NCBI GenBank assembly: GCA_964247055.1
Contig: OZ176052.1
Coordinates: 2,108,001 to 2,172,000, forward strand
DNA: 64,000 nucleotides
Direction: 5' to 3'
Origin: Paragordius varius
Lineage: Eukaryota; Animalia; Nematomorpha
A program made the position numbers and the translations under genes. The notes below the pieces were generated by a model. It saw only the letters and a list, made by a program, of their open reading frames with translations, made no database searches and was not told the DNA's origin. Below are positions 63,640 to 64,000 of the stretch, in pieces (position 1 is the stretch's first letter; every line of letters begins with the position of its first letter).

Positions 63640-64000
63640 CTATAATTATAGGAAATAAAAAATATATAAATTGCATAGTTTAATCATTGTAAAAATTTAA
63701 GCCATAATTAAATTTTAGATCAATTCTATATTTGTTTTTCACCGTAACTTTACAGTTATATCATGAATTTTTAAAAAGTTAATATTTAAAAATCATTTTA
63801 TATATATAAATAAATGGTGAATTAATAAAATTAATAAAAAAGCCTTAAAACTACAATTAAAAACGAAAACCTTTATACTATCAAATTTTAAAATATTTAT
63901 ATATAAATATATAAAATATTATTGATAATGTAAATTAAAATGATGTAATACTTTAATTTGCAAATGAAAAATTATATACCAAATTATATATGTGAAGGAT

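Noticed and set aside
1-64000. tRNA, rRNA or snRNA genes
   Set aside because: No cloverleaf or rRNA/snRNA signature was recognised. The PBS at 41041 is only a short complement to a tRNA 3' end.

Overview
A very AT-rich eukaryotic, apparently animal, genomic window; the taxon cannot be fixed from sequence alone. Five protein-coding genes were reconstructed by hand. (1) A dispersed C2H2 zinc-finger protein with Asn-rich linkers (minus strand, one ~4.5-kb exon at 5069-9556). (2) An ADAMTS-like M12B metalloprotease (plus, 27461-36871) whose zinc motif reads HEAGHLLGAWDD, with Asp at the third-ligand position. (3) Mitochondrial Era GTPase ERAL1 (minus, 45187-37592). (4) An SLC38A10-like amino-acid transporter (plus, 45279-53998), head-to-head with ERAL1 with only 91 nt between the start codons. 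(5) The 3' part of Acinus/ACIN1 (minus, 63639-57235, 5' end outside the window). The most striking signal is splicing architecture: seven consecutive 23-33-nt introns flank the shared ERAL1/SLC38A10 promoter, distal introns are swollen by transposons, and 5' splice sites are reduced to little more than GT. Introns and intergenic DNA carry several TA-, TTAA- and 8-bp-TSD MITE families, a foldback-like family with ~21-bp modular arms, a long-TIR element with a cargo ORF, a decayed mariner, a Helitron-like end with a G20 run, and a Ty3/Gypsy element with intact LTRs and TSD but an internally inverted, chimeric body. All gene models, alignments and counts were done by eye and need RNA-seq or alignment confirmation.
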